Below are positions 62,120-64,000 of a DNA stretch of 64,000 nt, piece by piece (the first letter of the stretch is position 1; each line of letters begins with the position of its first letter). The DNA is from an uncultured Mollicutes bacterium (GTDB taxonomy: Bacteria; Bacillota_I; Bacilli_A; RFN20; CAG-826), in the NCBI GenBank assembly GCA_900540395.1, contig UQFQ01000001.1:21809-85808 (forward strand). Direction: 5' to 3'. The notes beneath the pieces are model-generated. The model searched no databases. It saw only the letters and a list, made by a program, of their open reading frames with translations, and was not told the DNA's origin. Position numbers and translations under genes: made by a program.

Positions 62120-62870
62120 AAACCTTTCTTATGTTTATAAGAATAATCAAGAAGGTTTAGACAATGTAAATTTAAAAATAGATAAGGGAACTATTAATGT
62201 TTTGCTTGGATTAAATGGATGCGGAAAAACTACTCTGCTTAAATTAATAACTGGCCTCTTAAAAGTCAAAAAATCAAAAATATTAATTGATGGGGAAAAT
62301 ATTAATGATTTAAGCAGTAAACAGAAAGCGAAATTTATAAGCTTTGTACCTCAATTATCTAGTAGTGAAGAAGATTTTTTAGTAGAAGATTTTTTGCTAT
62401 TTGGATTTGTGAGTGACTTAAAGTTTTATCAAGAGCCAAAAGAAGAACAAGTAAATAAAATGAAAGAGGCGGTTAAAAAATTTGAAATTGAACCGCTTCT
62501 TACTAAAAAGCTTGACGAATTATCTGGCGGTGAAAGACAAAAAGTTTACATCTGTTCCGCTTATCTGCAAAATGCCAAACTTATTGTTTTGGACGAGCCG
62601 CTGAGTGCTTTAGATCTTAAAAATCAAAGCTTGATTATTTCGATTTTAAAAGAGCTAAAAGAAGAAGGCAAAACAATTATTTTGTCCACACATAATCCAA
62701 ATATAGCGTTGGTATTAGATAGCTATGTTGTTCTTATGAATAATGGAAAAATTCATAAAACTGGATATTGTACCGATATGATTAAGGTTGAAGTTTTAAA
62801 AGATATCTATGGCGAAAAATTGATATCATCAAAAGATACTGATTATGAAGAAGTTACAATTTCTAGATAA
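62100..62870 (+). CDS. ABC transporter ATPase (FepC/BtuD-type)
   Basis: Start trimmed to ATG 62100 (MTLLEIENLSY), overlapping the permease end. GLNGCGKTTLLK, LSGGERQKV, LDEPLSALD. Confidence 0.9.
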   Translation: MTLLEIENLSYVYKNNQEGLDNVNLKIDKGTINVLLGLNGCGKTTLLKLITGLLKVKKSKILIDGENINDLSSKQKAKFISFVPQLSSSEEDFLVEDFLLFGFVSDLKFYQEPKEEQVNKMKEAVKKFEIEPLLTKKLDELSGGERQKVYICSAYLQNAKLIVLDEPLSALDLKNQSLIISILKELKEEGKTIILSTHNPNIALVLDSYVVLMNNGKIHKTGYCTDMIKVEVLKDIYGEKLISSKDTDYEEVTISR

Positions 62871-63594
62871 TGTTAAAGTTTTCATTTTTGATGTTGGGAA
62901 AACTCTTTTTGATAAAGATTGCCAAACTAAATGTTCAGAGAAAACGATAGAAGCACTTAATTTATTAAAGAGAAAAGGGTACGAAGTAGGTGTATGTACT
63001 ATGCGTACAATTAGCCACATTAAAGATATAATTGATTTCGACTTTGATTTTTTTGTTTTAAATAATGGCTCATATCTGGTGTACAAGAACAAAGTATTAA
63101 TTGACGAGCCGCTAGATATAAAGATTTCAAATAAAGACTTTTTAACATACACACCGTTTGAGACATTTTATTCAACTAACGAAGCCAAAGATAAAGCTAA
63201 TCAAAATGGTTTTATTGCTGATAAAAAAGGCAAGGCTAGTAAATTTTATAATTTGATTTTGTTTGATGCTAATGAAAATGAAATAAGTAAATTTAAACAT
63301 CATTATTCCTGCTATATTCGGTGGAAGACTAAAACAATCAGCATACAAAAAGCTGGATGTTCTCGAATCAATGCAATTAATGAATTGACTAAAGCATTAA
63401 GTGTGTCTACAGAGCAATTAATATATTTTGGTGATGGACCAAACGATTTAGAGGTCTTTAGATATTTACAAAATTCAATTGCAATGGGGAATTGTTATCC
63501 TGAATTATTAAAATATGCACGTTATCAAATAGATACATGTAAAAATGATGGGGTAGCAAAGTTTATTTTTAGCAATTGCTTATTAAAGCAATAA
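62845..63594 (+). CDS. HAD-superfamily (Cof-type) hydrolase with atypical motif I
   Basis: VFIFDVGKTLFD (motif I reads D-V-G, not DxD), GDGPNDLEVF (motif IV). Overlaps the ATPase gene end. Confidence 0.7.
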   Translation: MKKLQFLDNVKVFIFDVGKTLFDKDCQTKCSEKTIEALNLLKRKGYEVGVCTMRTISHIKDIIDFDFDFFVLNNGSYLVYKNKVLIDEPLDIKISNKDFLTYTPFETFYSTNEAKDKANQNGFIADKKGKASKFYNLILFDANENEISKFKHHYSCYIRWKTKTISIQKAGCSRINAINELTKALSVSTEQLIYFGDGPNDLEVFRYLQNSIAMGNCYPELLKYARYQIDTCKNDGVAKFIFSNCLLKQ

Positions 63595-63627
63595 AGTTAA
63601 ATAGTATATGGCATTTACGATGGTAAG

Positions 63628-64000
63628 ATGGGGAAACAATTATTAACAAATACTTTAGAAAAGATTTTTAAATCATGTACTGAAGAAAATCTGATAGTGA
63701 TTAAAAGTGCATTATTATCTTTATGTGCTGACATTGAAAGATATTTTAAAAGTTATTTTAATATTAGCTTGAATAAAAAGGTCTCGAATTCTGATTTAGA
63801 AAATATTTTTGAAATTTTTCCTAAGTTTTCACAACTATCGGATGAGCAATTCAATCGCTTTATTTTAGTTTTTATTAATATTAGAAATATGTGTGCTCAT
63901 CTTTATATAGCGAAACCAATATTTTTAGATGCAGATTTAAAAAAATTTATACTGAATTATGGAAATAATTTATATCCTTTAGAAATGAATGGCAGAATAA
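63628..64000 (+). CDS. HEPN-motif protein, Abi_2 (AbiD/AbiF)-like; partial, runs off window end
   Basis: ATG 63628; the frame is open to base 64000 so it is absent from the ORF track. MGKQLLTNTLEKIF...FINIRNMCAHLYIAKP contains an R-x4-H (RN...H) HEPN-type motif. Confidence 0.5.
   Translation, partial: MGKQLLTNTLEKIFKSCTEENLIVIKSALLSLCADIERYFKSYFNISLNKKVSNSDLENIFEIFPKFSQLSDEQFNRFILVFINIRNMCAHLYIAKPIFLDADLKKFILNYGNNLYPLEMNGRI

Noticed and set aside
1-64000. Mycoplasma-type genetic code (TGA = Trp).
   Set aside because: All conserved Trp positions seen (for example WKRYYH, GFWDGT, GWYGK) use TGG. Long ORFs are intact under the standard code, and ppa terminates at TGA at its expected C-terminus.

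Overview
AT-rich window read with the standard code: Trp is TGG and ppa ends in TGA. Gene content looks like a wall-less or low-GC Firmicute/Mollicutes-like genome, possibly Acholeplasma-type; that taxon call is inference only. About 60 CDS, 3 tRNAs and 1 riboswitch; no rRNA, CRISPR array or intact transposase/integrase seen. Layout: (i) 0.2-21.2 kb, two tandem diverged opp-type peptide ABC importer operons with oversized lipoprotein binding proteins, OppC permeases carrying ~400-aa ectodomains, ATPases split by Lys/Glu-rich helical inserts, OppD-OppF fused in copy 1, and a near-identical DUF2188-like tail on both OppF. (ii) 21.4-28.2 kb, minus-strand operon of four surface lipoproteins. (iii) 28.4-31.9 kb, interrupted VOC gene, then a lysine riboswitch controlling a fused binding-protein/permease plus ATPase. 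(iv) 32.9-35.9 kb, tRNA-Leu(CAG) followed by a decayed island with an XRE HTH, a short HipA-family kinase and a second minimal kinase-like gene; this is my best candidate for an undescribed system. (v) 36-49 kb, assorted accessory and housekeeping genes and tRNA-Arg(CCG). (vi) 49.7-55.4 kb, lipoprotein/membrane-hydrolase cluster with an unassigned ~130-aa domain present three times. (vii) 57.3-60 kb, tRNA-Leu(CAA) followed by a second decayed island. (viii) 60-64 kb, iron/B12-type ABC importer, HAD hydrolase, and a HEPN/Abi-like gene cut by the window end. Thirteen CDS have a lipobox. All family assignments are motif recognition by eye, not searches.
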